Assembly: GCF_006345805.1 (NCBI RefSeq) | Contig: NC_043003.1 | Span: forward strand, 91,016,001 to 91,080,000 | Direction of reading: 5' to 3' | From: Octopus sinensis | Taxonomy: Eukaryota | DNA length: 64,000 bases | Shown here: positions 38,526 through 51,979 of the stretch, piece by piece | How the letters are laid out: every line of letters begins with the position of its first letter | Numbering within the stretch: the first letter of the stretch is position 1 | Translations under genes and position numbers: made by a program | The notes under the pieces: model-generated | What the model was told of the DNA's origin: nothing | What the model saw: only the letters and a program-made list of their open reading frames with translations | The model's database searches: none

Positions 38526-39145
38526 ATTATTATCCCCAGCATGTCTTTGTGGTAAAAAGTTTGCTTCCCAACCAAATGGTTCGAGGTTCAGGCCTTGAGT
38601 TGACTAACCAAAGCTTTTGGAGTGGATTTGGTAGATGGAAACTGAAAGAAACTCGTCAAGTGTGTGTGTGCGTTTATGATAGCGAGGAGGATGTGCTTGT
38701 CGCTTGCCGCCACTTGACAACCGGTGTTGGTTTGTTTATGCCCCTGTAACTTAGCGGTTCCGCAAAATAAATCGGCAAAGTACCTGACCCAAAAAATACA
38801 ATAAGCGATTGATTTGTTCGACTAAAAAATAAACCTTCGAGGCGATATGCCGGCAGCGAAGTTTTTTCCACGAGAGTTCCGGACCCCAGTAATGAACTCA
38901 TTTGTATACAGCCAATCAGAGCAGAGTCACCTTTATCCTTCCTTCCTTGTCAGCACCGTGCATTCCTTACTCTTTCCCTCCCTACTGACGGACAGCAACC
39001 TTTTTGGCACTATCGAAAAATATTTCGCTATCACTACAAGTACTACTGTCTCTAACTACTTGTCGGACAAACGAATAAATACTGTTCTATATTTAAGAGA
39101 TGAGGAATTAATTGACGGATATTTATCCTCATATTGTTTGTTGTT

Positions 39146-39191
39146 AACACAACGTTTCGGCTCATATGCCCTCCAGCCTTCATCAGGTGTC
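39146..39191 (-). ncRNA. Minimal hammerhead (family B, left arm)
   Basis: GACAC-CUGAUGA-A-GGCU..AGCC-GAAACGUU-GUGUU. Confidence 0.78.
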
Positions 39192-39241
39192 TTGGGGTAA
39201 TTTCGAACCTGGGTTCTCATTGCTAAGGTATGTTTTCGATG

Positions 39242-39308
<67 letters not shown>

Positions 39309-39509
39309 TCACTGCCTGGAATCGAACTCGGAATCTTGGGGTTAATAGCCCGCGCTCTTAACCACTACGCCATATGCCCACGTAGTGGTTAAGAGCGCGG
39401 ATTACTAACCCCAAGATTCCGAGTTCGATTCCAGGCAGTGACCTGAATAATAATAATAACATCGAAAACATACCTTAGGAATGAGAACCCAGGTTCGAAA
39501 TTTCCCCAA

Positions 39510-39555
39510 GACACCTGATGAAGGTTGGAGGGTATATCAGCCGAAACGTTGTGTT
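39510..39555 (+). ncRNA. Minimal hammerhead (family B, right arm)
   Basis: GACAC-CUGAUGA-A-GGUUG..CAGCC-GAAACGUU-GUGUU; palindromic AACGUU replaces helix III. Confidence 0.8.
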
Positions 39556-40396
39556 AATAACAAACAAGAATAGGACAAATATCCGTCAATTGTAGATAAT
39601 GTAAACGAATAGATATATATAAATAATATTTCTTCTTCCTTGGAGTTGATCCTTTGATGTTCACTGAATACTTCAACGTTGGCATAATAATACACTTGCC
39701 CAAACTGAATTGCTGGAGTTATCTCATTTTTTCTTGAAAAATGATTTTAAAAAGTTATAGAGGTTTAAAGTTTGATCATTTTCACCAACCAGGAAACGGG
39801 ATTTGAAAGATGTCATTTTGTGCATGACAAAATAGCACGTGTCGTCAATATTTGTAAACAACACGTGTTATGTCTGCGGTAATTTTCTTTCATGTAAATA
39901 AATCTTATTTAGCTGTTATTTTTAGCACGAAAGTTCTCCTGTAATTTTCTTTCATGTAAATAAATGTTTAGGTTAATTAAAAGAGAAAAACATGAATGTG
40001 TCTGTGGCTTAACGATTGACTAAAATTACCAAAACTTTCAAACTTTAATTACTAATAGCTGGTTTTTTTTTTACTTTCATTTCATTAATTAGCCTATAAA
40101 AGTGTATCATTGCACTGAATATGAAATCAGCTCGAACAGAAAATTGACGCTGGCAACCAAACAGAAAAGATCCCCCCAAAATAGTCATGAAAATGTGTGA
40201 GTACTAAACAATTTCGCTGAATACTATTATATTATTAATAGTAAATTATATATTACGGAGATGTACTTGCATAGCAGGTGATTTGATCTGAGATCGTGTG
40301 TTGAAACAAAAAACAATTGCAGCTTGGAAGGTATTTATAAGCCATTTAAAAAACACAAAAACCGTTACATTCACTTCAACATTTAAATTTAATTTG

Positions 40397-40443
40397 TGTC
40401 AAAATATTTTCGTCGCATTGAAACCGCGACCTGTTCACTGACA
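40397..40443 (-). ncRNA. Minimal hammerhead with variant G3-C8 core (family C)
   Basis: UGUCA-GUGAACA-G-GUCGC-GGUUUCAAU-GCGAC-GAA-AAUAUU-U-UGACA. Confidence 0.72.
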
Positions 40444-40859
40444 AAATTTCGGGCTGCATTATAGATCCATTTATTATAACTAGCTGAAAAATTCACGGAA
40501 AATATTTTAAAAGTAAGCATTATCAGAATGTTGCCAAAATATGCAGTCACGCACAAAATGACAGCTTCCAAATCTTGTAAGGAATGCACGGTGCTGACAA
40601 GGAAAGAAGAAAGGATAAAGGTGACTGCTCTGATTGGCTGTATACAAATGAGTTCATTACTGGGGTCCGGAACTCTCGTGGAAAAAAAATTTCGCACCCC
40701 GGCATGGCTTCAGTCTAGTGATTGAAACAAGTAAAAGATCAAAGATGAGAGGCCGCGTGACCGAACACAAAGTCTTACTTGAAGCAAAAATCTAACTGAA
40801 AATAGATACGGAGAGAAGGTGCGGCTGACCATTAAATTAACTGAGGTGGTGAGAGCAAC

Positions 40860-41850
40860 GTGTATCGGCGGAGTTTCGGATCAGGACGCCCACAACAGTT
40901 GGATTTTCTCCGTTTTTGACGGAGGTATTTCCAATTTTTTCTTCACCATAGCCTACGAAATGAAGGAGGGGAGTATCTTTCTATGAATAAAATTTTTCAA
41001 AACTTGATTTTTTTTTTTTTTTTTTTTTGAAAAACATCAACACTTGTGACAAAGAAACAAGAAAAAGTGGTCATTGAATGTGCTAGAAACAACAACCAAA
41101 TCTTTCTTAAATCACACACCTTTCCGTCTGGAAATATTTTCATTTTTTTTTCTTTTTTTTTTTTACAGAAAACGCTTCTGCAAGACTTCCGCTCGTCCCC
41201 CCCCCAAAAAAAAAACTACCCTTAAAACATTTTTTGGGACCCCCCACCCCACCCTTTTCGACTACAGGGGAACACGAATCTGCAAAAAAATTGGCAAAAA
41301 TCGATATTTCTAAATTACCTCACCTCACCCCCATTTTCTTCATTTTTAACTTTTTCACAATTTTTTTTTCAAAATATACGGAAAAATATGGAGATTATAA
41401 TTCTGAAAAAAATTTCAAAAAATCTTTGTAAAACTTTTTTTTAAGAATTTTTTTTTTTTTTCTTTTTCTAAATATGCGGAAAAATATAGACATCATGATT
41501 CGAACAAAAATTTCAAAACATTTCTGCACTTACAGTTAGGGTTTTAGGGTTTGTGTTGGGGAAAAAAGTCAAGGGCGGGGAATTTTACAATGCTGATTTT
41601 TGACAATTTTCCGGAACCTCCGTATTCGAAAACGGGGATTTTGGGCAAAAAAATTACAAAAATAAACAAATTTGGAAGAAAATGGGAGGGTGGGAGGGCG
41701 GAAGTCTTTCCAAAATTATTTAATTTTTTCATAAAAAAGATCCCCCCTCCCCATCATTCCCATGGCTGTGGTGGGAAAAAAATTAGGAAAATCCCCGTCA
41801 AAACGGAGAAAACCCAACTTATGTGGACGTTCTGATCCGAAACTCCACCC
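40860..41850. mobile_element. ~1-kb diverged fold-back (long-TIR MITE-like) element
   Basis: GGAGTTTCGGATCAGGACG..TTTTCTCCGTTTT at the left end pairs with AAAACGGAGAAAA..CGTTCTGATCCGAAACTCC at the right end; imperfect complementarity continues inward. Confidence 0.7.
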
Positions 41851-42251
41851 GCGTATCACCGAGTGCTTTACTTCCTTTTGGCTAAAATCGTTCCATATTC
41901 AGCTGGTATTCCTAAAATAACTAAGATTCGCATTTCACTTTCGTTAATTCCCTAAGACTCAGATAATTTTCAGCATAACGTTTAAAACTGTGAACAGTGG
42001 TTTTGTTTTCTCTTCGAAATCTGATGCATGCTTAAGACTAGAGTGTTTATAAAATATATCATCTGAGGACTAGAAAAATTTTCCCTTCCTATTTTATTTT
42101 CCGGAAGAATCGTAATCTACAATACTTTAAAACATTATTCACACACAAAAGTGCTCGTGCTCGAAATAATGGTCAGGGAGAAAAATATCATCTATATACC
42201 ACCTCTCTTCCCCCCCCCTCTCTCTCTCTCCCCCACACATATACGATATAC

Positions 42252-42291
<40 letters not shown>

Positions 42292-44266
42292 GTAAGAGAG
42301 AGAGAGAGAGAAAGTGAGTAAAGGAATGCGTGGGAGTGAATTTTTATAAATTGTTGAAGTACGTGTTTTTTAACATAGGTAGGGAGAGATGAGATTTCTT
42401 CGCAGACATAAACGCATCATACATGCAAGGACGCACACACATACACAGACAAAACATATTAGATTTGGTAGAACTGGAGAAATACATTTCAATACACGAG
42501 TATATTTATTATTTTTATTAGTTTTAATTACTTTTAATTTTCAACTTTCTACCGATTAAACATTTTAAAAAGCATGTATGATTGTGTGTGTGTGTTCACA
42601 TATGCACGAACGCGTGACTTATTGGTTAGAGTTTTGCACTTACGATCACAAGATCGTAATTTCGATTCCTGAACCGGGCAATGCGTTGTGTGTTGAGCAA
42701 AACACTTCATTTCAGGTTGCCCTAGTCCACCCAACAGTAAATTGTAAGCCTGCTACAGACTGGCGTTTCGGTTAGAGGAAATGTTAGTCTGCTTGCCGTC
42801 ATTCGAAAGCTACAGCAATGCGAGGAAGTGCATTGTGACCAGCAGTGTATAACAATATCCGAGCATATGGCCCACATGTAGGTCGGAAACTCAGAAAAGT
42901 TTGCGTTTTAATGTACCATACTAGTTCAGGACCAGTAGCTAACCAAGTATTCGGCATATGGTCAAAAAGTCGGAGCTTCATTTCTTAAAGTGGGGAGCGC
43001 ATTATGTCCTTGAGCAAATCATTTTATCTTAAATTGCTTCAATTTTCTCAGCTGCAAATGTAACCCTGTCTCCCTCCAGCTGCTACATACTGGATGGTTT
43101 ACAGGATGAGGGGACCGAGGTCTCTGTATCTGCTCACATACAACTACATAGGCCCAATAGCAATTATCATGTTACCAAACCGCACTCGCTGCGATACGTG
43201 TGTCCATTTAAGTTTTAAAAGAATTTCAATAGTTATAAATACGTTTGAGACTGACACAATGGACTGAGATATATGCTTATGGCTCTTTACGTTCGAAGTC
43301 AAGATGAAGATTGTTTTCATCCTTCGACTACACCCTCCTCTAAAATTCTGCTAGCCTTATACCTAAATTAGAAATCCAGTATCTTGTGGATCGAAAAAGG
43401 TTTAAAATAGTTTTTCTTCAACGGTTCGAAATGAGTTGAGTAAACTGAGCCCTGCAAGTCAACTGTGTGGAAGCCCGTCAGAGTAGCGCCAACATTTAGA
43501 TCTTGGATGTCTTTAGCAAAATAGACTCCACTTGGAGTGTTAGGGTTAGGTCTCTCTTCTGGGGCAACCTTTCACTAAGTAGTCGCGGAAGCACAGAAAA
43601 TAGTCAGAGGCGTTATACAGTTCATCCTTTGCATATTTATCCTAAAAAGAATTAAATAAACAACGGTACGCTAAAATTTACTATTATAGTACTGTTTCTG
43701 TTAAAATCTGTGATTTGTCCCTACACTTTCCAGTATTTATTTAAACTGGATTTGACACAAACTACATGTCAACCAGATGGTGTGTAGTTGTCCTTACTTC
43801 GTCGACATGAGGTGGTGGGGGTAATAATAACCCGCCTTTCATCCATCGGGGTACTAAGTACGAGGTCGATATTTATGAAGTATACAAGATAAATTGTACA
43901 AGAAGACGAAGACACGATCGGCCGTCTGCACAATCTCCAATAATACTAACACACATACACAGAGTAAAGAGCAGAGAGTGGTCAAGTGGGTCAGTCTGTG
44001 TGGACTTGGGAGTTTGAGAAATGAGATTTACACCTCTTGTTAAAGAATTATCTTTTAAAAAATTGTTCTTGCACTTTTAACCTGTTCTGTTACTTAAGTA
44101 CACCATACACACTCCACGTATACATACCCTTCACTAATACATAACTCGCGTATATTCAACATTGATTATTAATAAAGCACAAATGAACAAATACAAATGG
44201 GGCCTACATTTACATCTGGCTAGGGCCTTACTACGGTCACCCTTCCCATAGATGTATGTATGTATG

Positions 44267-44300
<34 letters not shown>

Positions 44301-44427
44301 TGTATGTATGTATGTATGTATGTACGTATGTATGTATGTGCGTGCGTGATGAATATTGTTGTGAGACAAGTCCACGATCCGGTTTTAATTCCAAATAAGT
44401 TTGGTAAATAAATCTTTATATAACCGC

Positions 44428-44474
<47 letters not shown>

Positions 44475-45766
44475 GTGTGTGTGTGTGTGTGTGTACACGC
44501 GTGCACACACACATATATGCATATACATACATAGGTGTATATATGCAACATACGTACATATGTTAGTATATGTGCGTGCAAGTTTATCACATTATTCATT
44601 TATGTTTGAATGAAGTTAGGTATGTGAATGTACGTAAGAATGACAACTAAATGGAAACAGAAAGTTAGAACAAATGGATTTAAAAGAATTAAAATATAGA
44701 AGGTAGACGAAAAGATAATTTTAGTAATAATAATATTTTTAAAAGAAAAAGTATTACGAACTCACAGATTGGATGGAGAGCGCTGTACTGAAATCAATTC
44801 CGCCCTGGAGTCGGAAACCCCAGGATATACCTCCATCTGCCCTTTTTAGGTTGATATTAAGGGCTCCACCTTGTGCGTAGACTGTGTTATCCATTCCGAT
44901 TTAAAAGGACAGCCAACAATAAACTCAATAACAATAAAAGAGATCGCGAAAATAGTTTGAATTTCTCTGTGTATATATATATATATATATATGTATGACA
45001 GCTTAAAACTAAAAGATTATATTTGTTTTTCCCCCAAACAAAAGGAAAGGAAGGAAAAAGAAATTCGAAAGTAAAATTATAGTGAAACTCTTAGAAAAAA
45101 CTGAATGACGACGAAAGCTTGATGTGTCCGTGAAGGAGGCGATCTGCTATGCTTTTCCTTTGAAAACCAGCAGCCAAGAAGCAAAAGCAACAACTTTTGT
45201 TTAGTTTATTTGTTTGTTTGTTGTGTTGTAATATCGCTTTCTTTTGTTTTGATTTCTTCTTTCTTTCTTTCTCTTAAGAATGGTTGGTTGGCTGGTGATC
45301 GGCGAGCTTGTTTTTACAGAAAAGTTTCTAAATCTGCCTATAACAGAAGGTGTATATAAATGTGTGTATGTGTGTATTACTGGGTTTATAAACCAAGTTC
45401 GGTGGAAAACAAACACGCATATACCACCCTCAACTAGTGTTGTGTGTGTTCATACTGGTTGGTGGGTGACGTCATTAAAAGAAAAAGGAAAACTGAAAGA
45501 GAAAGAAAGAGGAAAGGAATGTATGTGCGTGTTTATGTCTGTCTGTATTATTTATGTAATTATGTGTACATGTCTGTGTGTTTTCTAGCCCTCCTTTGTA
45601 CAGGTTGCTGATTAAAGGACTTTATAAACCAGATGCATTTCGTTGTTACAGTTTTGCAATAGAGGCCGACTTGGGGAAGAGAGTTAACTTGACGTGAGAG
45701 TAAGACAGTGGCTGGGATTGAGAATTAATTAAAATTTGAAACTGTCTGATCCCTTTATTATTATTT

Positions 45767-45844
<78 letters not shown>

Positions 45845-46098
45845 GTTTATTGTTACAGTTTAACACGTGGAAAGAGGTCAGTAATAAGAGGAAGCAAATA
45901 TTGGGTTTTGCTTTCTATTTTTACATGAATAAACTACATACACGACAGGAAAATTCTCACACAATCATGCGATTGATTTTGTGGGAAATTTAAACACTCA
46001 TACAATCACACACACGTATACACACACATACATACATACACACACACATACACATACATACATACATACATACATACATACATACATACATACATACA

Positions 46099-46129
<31 letters not shown>

Positions 46130-46199
46130 GATTCCGAGCTTGTTAGGCAGAGGTTGATAAACCATGGCGGGAGGGTGATAGTAAGGATGAGCTCTCATT

Positions 46200-48570
46200 G
46201 CTTAGAAAATATTCTTCAACTAAGTCCAATTCATGCCTTCTCATGCAGCTTAACATACGAGCCCGGCAGACTGTCCCTACTGACATGAGAAGAGGCATAG
46301 GCAGGTCCTGGTGCCTTCAAACTAGTACTTCGGATAGATGAAACTTCTCAATCTAGGAGAGCAGTCCATCTAAGAGAAGGCAAACTGACTTTAAACCTCC
46401 ACCTCCTGTGGCTGCACCCGCTTAAAGGAAAGGCTACGAGAGTAAACTTTGGGGATAAATTCAGTGCCAGTGTCCCTAAGGCAGCTCAATGCTGTATTCA
46501 ACTTCATTCTAGCAACTACTGCGTCCCCCACTAGTACCGAGTCCTATTGGCTCCAGCCCATCCCCTGGACAACACTGGTGGCAGTGGAGAGGGGAGACAT
46601 GCTGCATGGCCAACTTTTATGATCTGCCATAAACCCTGCCAAGGCCTGCGCCCTGGGGTGAACACTCCAGCGTCATTTCACTATGATGGCAATATATGGA
46701 AAGCAGCAGTCCACCAGTTATAAGCCTACATATGATTGGCATGGGAGCAAAGTGTCAGGGGCGGCTTTCAACAGAGGGAGAGGCCATTGTACTTCACTGG
46801 ACAGCTACTGCCTACCTCAAGCTAGGCAGCCCCCAGCCAGTTAGGTACTGTCCCATCACAGCCTGCTTGCTCCACTGGGTGCATGAGGCTCCCCTGGGTG
46901 CTTGGGGACACTAATATACTGAATTGTGGTCTATAAACACTACCAAAAAAAAGAAATCCAAAACAATAAACAAACTAAATGTAAGAAACAAGCATTTAGA
47001 CTTAGGTATTGAAACATATGGACCATGACAACTGGTCTGTCAGAGGATGTTCAAAAGATCAACGATGCATGCAAGACAGTAGTGGTCAACAATGAACTGC
47101 TATGACTTTGAGTGGACATTGTAGCACTCCAGAAAACATGACTCCCAGATTTGGAGACCCTTCATGAAAGAGAATATTCCTTTTTTTCTGGCAGGGTAAA
47201 GGTATAGATAAAGCCAGAGAGCATGGTGTCAGCTTTACCATGAGGAATTTGCTGCTGAAGTTTGTGGAACTTAGCAGCAACGGTCCAGGGAAGATTCTCT
47301 CACTCTAATTGCACACTTCTGATGGGCCTACCAACTTTGTCAGTGCTTATGCCCCAACCCTCTATTCCACACAAAACGACTGGGATAAGTTTTATGGTCA
47401 ACTCTCTAGGAAAATACAGGGGAAGCCATAGGGAGAACAGCTGGTGCTACTTGGTAATTTCAATGCCAGAGTGGGAACCAATCACAACTCCTGGTCAGCG
47501 TGTCTGGGATGGTACAGGATTGACAACATGAATGAAATGGTTGCTTCAGCTCTGTATGTCTCATGGGTTATGTGTCACCTACATCTACTTCTGGATCAAA
47601 GCTCAACACAGGGTTTCCTAGCATCATTCTCACTTAGGACACTGGCACCAGCTAGATCTGATCCTCACAAGGTACAACCACCTGAGGAACAAGCTCCAAA
47701 CTCAATCCTTTCAGAGTGCTAACTGTGATACAGACCACTCCCTAGTTTGCTACAATTTCAAACTCCAATCAAAAATGATGCCCTGCACCAAGCCTCCAGG
47801 TAAGCAGTGTATCAATGTTACTGCAACCCAGTAGTCATCCAAGGCAGATGCATTCCTCAAGTCACTGGAGAACACCCACCCTACAGGCCCTCTGGAAGGT
47901 AATGTTCAGCAGAGGTGAGACTCTTTCAGAGACACCATTGAAGCACTATACTGAGGGAATGGGGGGGGGGGAGAATGACACAGGACTGGTTTGAGGCAAG
48001 TGCAAAGGAGCTCAATGTGCCCATGGAGGAGAAGTGCATTGCCCTGTTGAAATACAAACACTAACCCACCAAGGCAATGCTGCAAGCATTGAGAACAGTA
48101 AGGAACAACATGCAGAAGACAGCAAGATGCTGTACAAATAACTACTGGTTACAACTATGCAAAGGCATCCAGCTGCTGTTTGATATGGGTAACGTTCACA
48201 GAATACAATAAGGCATCAAGAAAGCCATCAACCTATGCAGAGAAAGAAAGCTCCACTCAAAATCCATAACAGGGGAGGTCATCAAGAGCAAAAGAGAGCA
48301 GTTGGAGAGGTGGGTGGAACATTACTCTAATCTCTACACCAACATCTTGGACAGTACACTAGACACTGTGGAACATCTACCCATCATGGAGGAGCTGGAC
48401 ACATTGTTAACTGCTAAAGGACTGAGCAGAGCCATTGACAGCTTGCCTATTGGGGAGACACCCCACCAGAGGTCATTCTCACTGCTAAGCATCATTGGGA
48501 AGGTCTTTGCATGTGTGGCCCTGAGAGGGTATATTTCAGTGTGGTTTCAGAAGAAGTGCCATCAAACTGA
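46200..48570 (+). mobile_element. RTE (BovB-like) LINE, 5' half, heavily decayed
   Basis: 5' UTR, endonuclease remnant LLGNFNARVGTNHNSW.., and ERWVEHYSNL..SLLSIIGKVFA. Confidence 0.8.
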
Positions 48571-50269
48571 ATGACATCTTTCATATCTGCATGAAACGAT
48601 TAGACCATCTTGAGAAGTCTTGGAGGATAGCCAATCTTGGCAAGGAATTTGAACAGGTTGTCACTACTAACTAGGTTGAAAGCCTTCACTGAGGTCAGTG
48701 AAGGTGATGTTGTGGGGTTGCCTTTGCTCTCAGCATTTCTTCTCAAACTGTTCTGAGTTCAAATTCCGCTGAGGTTGATTTTGCCTTTCATCCTTTTGAG
48801 GTTGATAAATTAAGTACAATTTGAACACTGGAGTCAATGTAATCGACTAGATCTCTCCCCACAAGTTTCAGACCTTGTGCCTTTAGTAGAAAGGATTATT
48901 ATTATTATCTATATGTGTAAGGTGGTGAGCTGGCAGAACCATTAGCATGTTGGGCAAAATGCTTAGTGACAGTTCATGTCTTTATATTCTGAGTTCAAAT
49001 TCCACCATGATCAACTTTGCCTATCATCCTTTCAGGGTAGATAAAATAAGTACCAGTCGGGTATTGGGATCATATATTCAACTTAACCCTCCCCACAAAA
49101 ACTAGTATCCTTGTGCCAAAATTCGAAACCATTATTATAGATGTGTGTGTGCATGTGTGTCTTTTTATTTAATAATATTCTTTCTAGAAGAAAGGAGCCA
49201 GTTTCTAATGAAGAAACATCATTGGAATTTTGATAACTATAGTGATAATTGTTATAGTTTGAACTTCAAGAAAATCTTGCATATTTTTATTGTTCCACTT
49301 ACAAATTGTAATTATAAAGTTTGTGGTAGCCAGAGTTTTTCTTTGCTTGAAAATACTGTCTTCAAATTGTGACTTATACATCTACTAACTGGATGTGCCA
49401 CTGGCTGAATGTAAATTTATAATCAGGGTAGAGGATTTGCAGAGTTCAATGCAGTTGTCCAAAGTTAATCTCTGTCTCACTGATTTTGGAAGGGTTCACA
49501 TCTGCAGGATAACTTAGTCTTTATTACATTACTTTTCTGTCCCAAATAACTATGTCAGGCTGGTTAGGTTTTGTATAAGGTAGAAGTTTCGATGGGAATG
49601 TTCAACCAATATTCCTTATAATGATATATGTATGTTTATATTCCTCAGCAGAGGTGTTGTTTATATTTATCTCAGGCAATCTTTTCTGTGGGAAGTGTAT
49701 ATTGTCTTATGTATGTCAGTATTCATATATGTGTACGAGTATATACAATGAGCTTCTTTCGGTTTCCATTTACTAAATCCACTCAAAAGGCTTTGGTTGG
49801 CCCAGGATTATAGTAGACAACATTTTCCCAAGATGCATGCCAGAACCCAAGATGATATGGTTGGGAAGCAAGCTTCTTGACGACACAACTGTGCCTATAC
49901 CGATATATCTGTGTGTGTGTGTGTGTATTTATATACATGTATAATGTTGACTGAACCTGGTGCATTATGTAAAGGTTATCTTATAAAACTACAAGAAATA
50001 TGCATAGTAAATGCATTCAAAATATCATATATACATATGTATATGATGAGGGTGATGGATTCTCTCGCTGTAAACAACAAATGAAGGTTCAGTAAAATAA
50101 AGTGGTGATCATGTTCTATGGACATGAATGTGCCTCTTGAGGCAAACTTTTCAATAAAGGGAACAAGTCGAGGACTCATTTTGTTCATGTGCTTGTGGAT
50201 CATTTACTATGTGTTTTCTTGAGTGGACAGCAAGACCTGCTTTGCTTCATACCACAAAACTACAATGAC

Positions 50270-51870
50270 AAGTAAGGTTTCCATTTAGAGGGGCAGCATT
50301 TTGCCAGTGTGCCTTCATGCTTGCATGAAGATGGTTCCAATGTTGGAGCCAACTTTGCTCAAAACTTTGAAGTGAGGAGAAGCAGGACTGGCACCAGGTT
50401 CGGCATTCTGATGCTTTATTTTCTCAGGAAGAAAAGGGAAGTTGCATCACTTCAGATTGTCTTTTAGTTTGTCTTTGAAGTGCAAGAGTGGCCTTCCTGT
50501 TGGGAATTGGCCAAAGAGAAGTTGCTTTGGTATTCTGATATCACTCCTACATAAGAGATGACCTGACCATCAAAGCTGTATTTTGATGAGGATGGCTTCA
50601 ATACAATGGCTTCAAAATGTTGCATTTTGTTTGCACCTCACTGTTATGAATATGGTCACTCACATATGAAAAGCATCAAATTGATTGATGTGCTTTTGGT
50701 ACAGGGTCCAAGATTCAGCATCATAAAGCAATGATGCCAAAACCACTGACTTATATATATTGACTTTCACCTTCAGTGAAATGTCATGGTTGTTCCAAAA
50801 CCTGTGATAAAGCTTACTAAAAGTGAAACTAGCCTTCCCAGTTCTGGACTCAATTTCTTTATCCATCTTAGCATCACTGGACATAATGGAACCAAAATAA
50901 GTGAAGAGGGAAACAGTTTTTAATGCTTTACCATCAACATATACAGTAGGGGCAACAGTGGGAGGAAGGTCACGAATGGGCTGATGAACAAGCTCAGTTT
51001 TCTTGATGCTGATGGTCTGACCAAAAGCCTCCGATGCACGTGAGAAGTTGTTTAGGATCCTTTGCATGTCCTCAAGAGTGTGTGCTACAAGTGCACAATC
51101 ATCTGCAAAGAGCAAATCTCAAACTGTTTGCACCAAAGTTTTAGTTTTTGCTTTGAAGCACTATCGGTTGAACAAGCCACCACTGGTTCTGCATGCAAAC
51201 TTTACTCTTTCTTTAACACTCTTGAATGTTGTTTCCATAGTGGAGAAATACAAAGCAAAAAAGGGCAATGCAAGAACACAGCCTTGTTTTATCCCATTTG
51301 ACAGTGTGAATGAATCAGACACTTTCCTGCTAGATCTAACTGAAGCCATCATGCCCTGCTGGAAAGAAATGATGACATTGAGCATCTTTTCAGGAACACT
51401 TAGCTTTCTAAAGACAATCCAAAGAGCATTCTTAGATACAGTGTCGAAAGCTTTAGTTAGATCTACAAAGGAGACAAAAAAGTCTCTCGTGTGCTCACGA
51501 GCCTTTTCCTGCTGTTGTCTTAGGCTAAAAATCATGTTCACAGTGACAAACATACCTCTATGGTTGTCATGACACATTCATATTTGTTGCCTTTGTGCTT
51601 ATAAAGATGGACAATAGAAGCACCTTTAAACTCCTGTGGGACTGATCCTGATTCTAAGATTAAGGAGAAGAGTTCACATAATTTGTTCAGCAGAAGATTG
51701 CTACCACATGTATATATCTCAGCTGGCTTGCCATCATTCCTAGGCAACTTTCTATTCAAGAACTGTTTTATGGCCTTTTATATTTCATCATTTGGTGGAG
51801 CAACTGATAGGTCTATCATCCTTTTCTGCAACATATTTTCTCATTTCATAGAAGGAAAAGCAGCAAAACA
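50270..51870 (-). pseudogene. RTE (BovB-like) reverse transcriptase relic
   Basis: FVDLTKAFDTVS, GIKQGCVLA, LLFADDCAL, LLYDAESWTLY motifs with stops and frameshifts. Confidence 0.9.
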
Positions 51871-51979
51871 AAAGAAATATCTTCATTTATATAGAAAATC
51901 AAAAATAAAATCACAGATGCAAAAATGTGACTATGCTTTACCAGTAAGATACCAGGTGTAAACCATTCATTTTATTCAT

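Larger units (their letters stand above)
39110..39591. mobile_element. Head-to-head palindromic pair of a tRNA-headed, HHR-containing ~270-nt unit (family B)
   Basis: Arms 39110-39369 and 39381-39591 with an 11-nt spacer; box A TGGCGTAGTGG, box B GTTCGATTCC, (AAT)n, then HHR. Confidence 0.88.
38845..40700. mobile_element. ~1.85-kb insert bounded by ~130-bp inverted repeats, interrupting a family 1 SINE
   Basis: 38845-38970 is the reverse complement of 40576-40700; SINE body at 38530-38845 and its tail at 40700-40745. Confidence 0.7.

Noticed and set aside
39305-39445. Possible functional tRNA genes
   Set aside because: The acceptor stem does not close and the anticodon arm varies between arms; these are SINE-type heads.
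41536-41552. TTAGGG-like repeats (also ~21903 and ~43541)
   Set aside because: Only 1-2 units each; not interstitial telomeric arrays.
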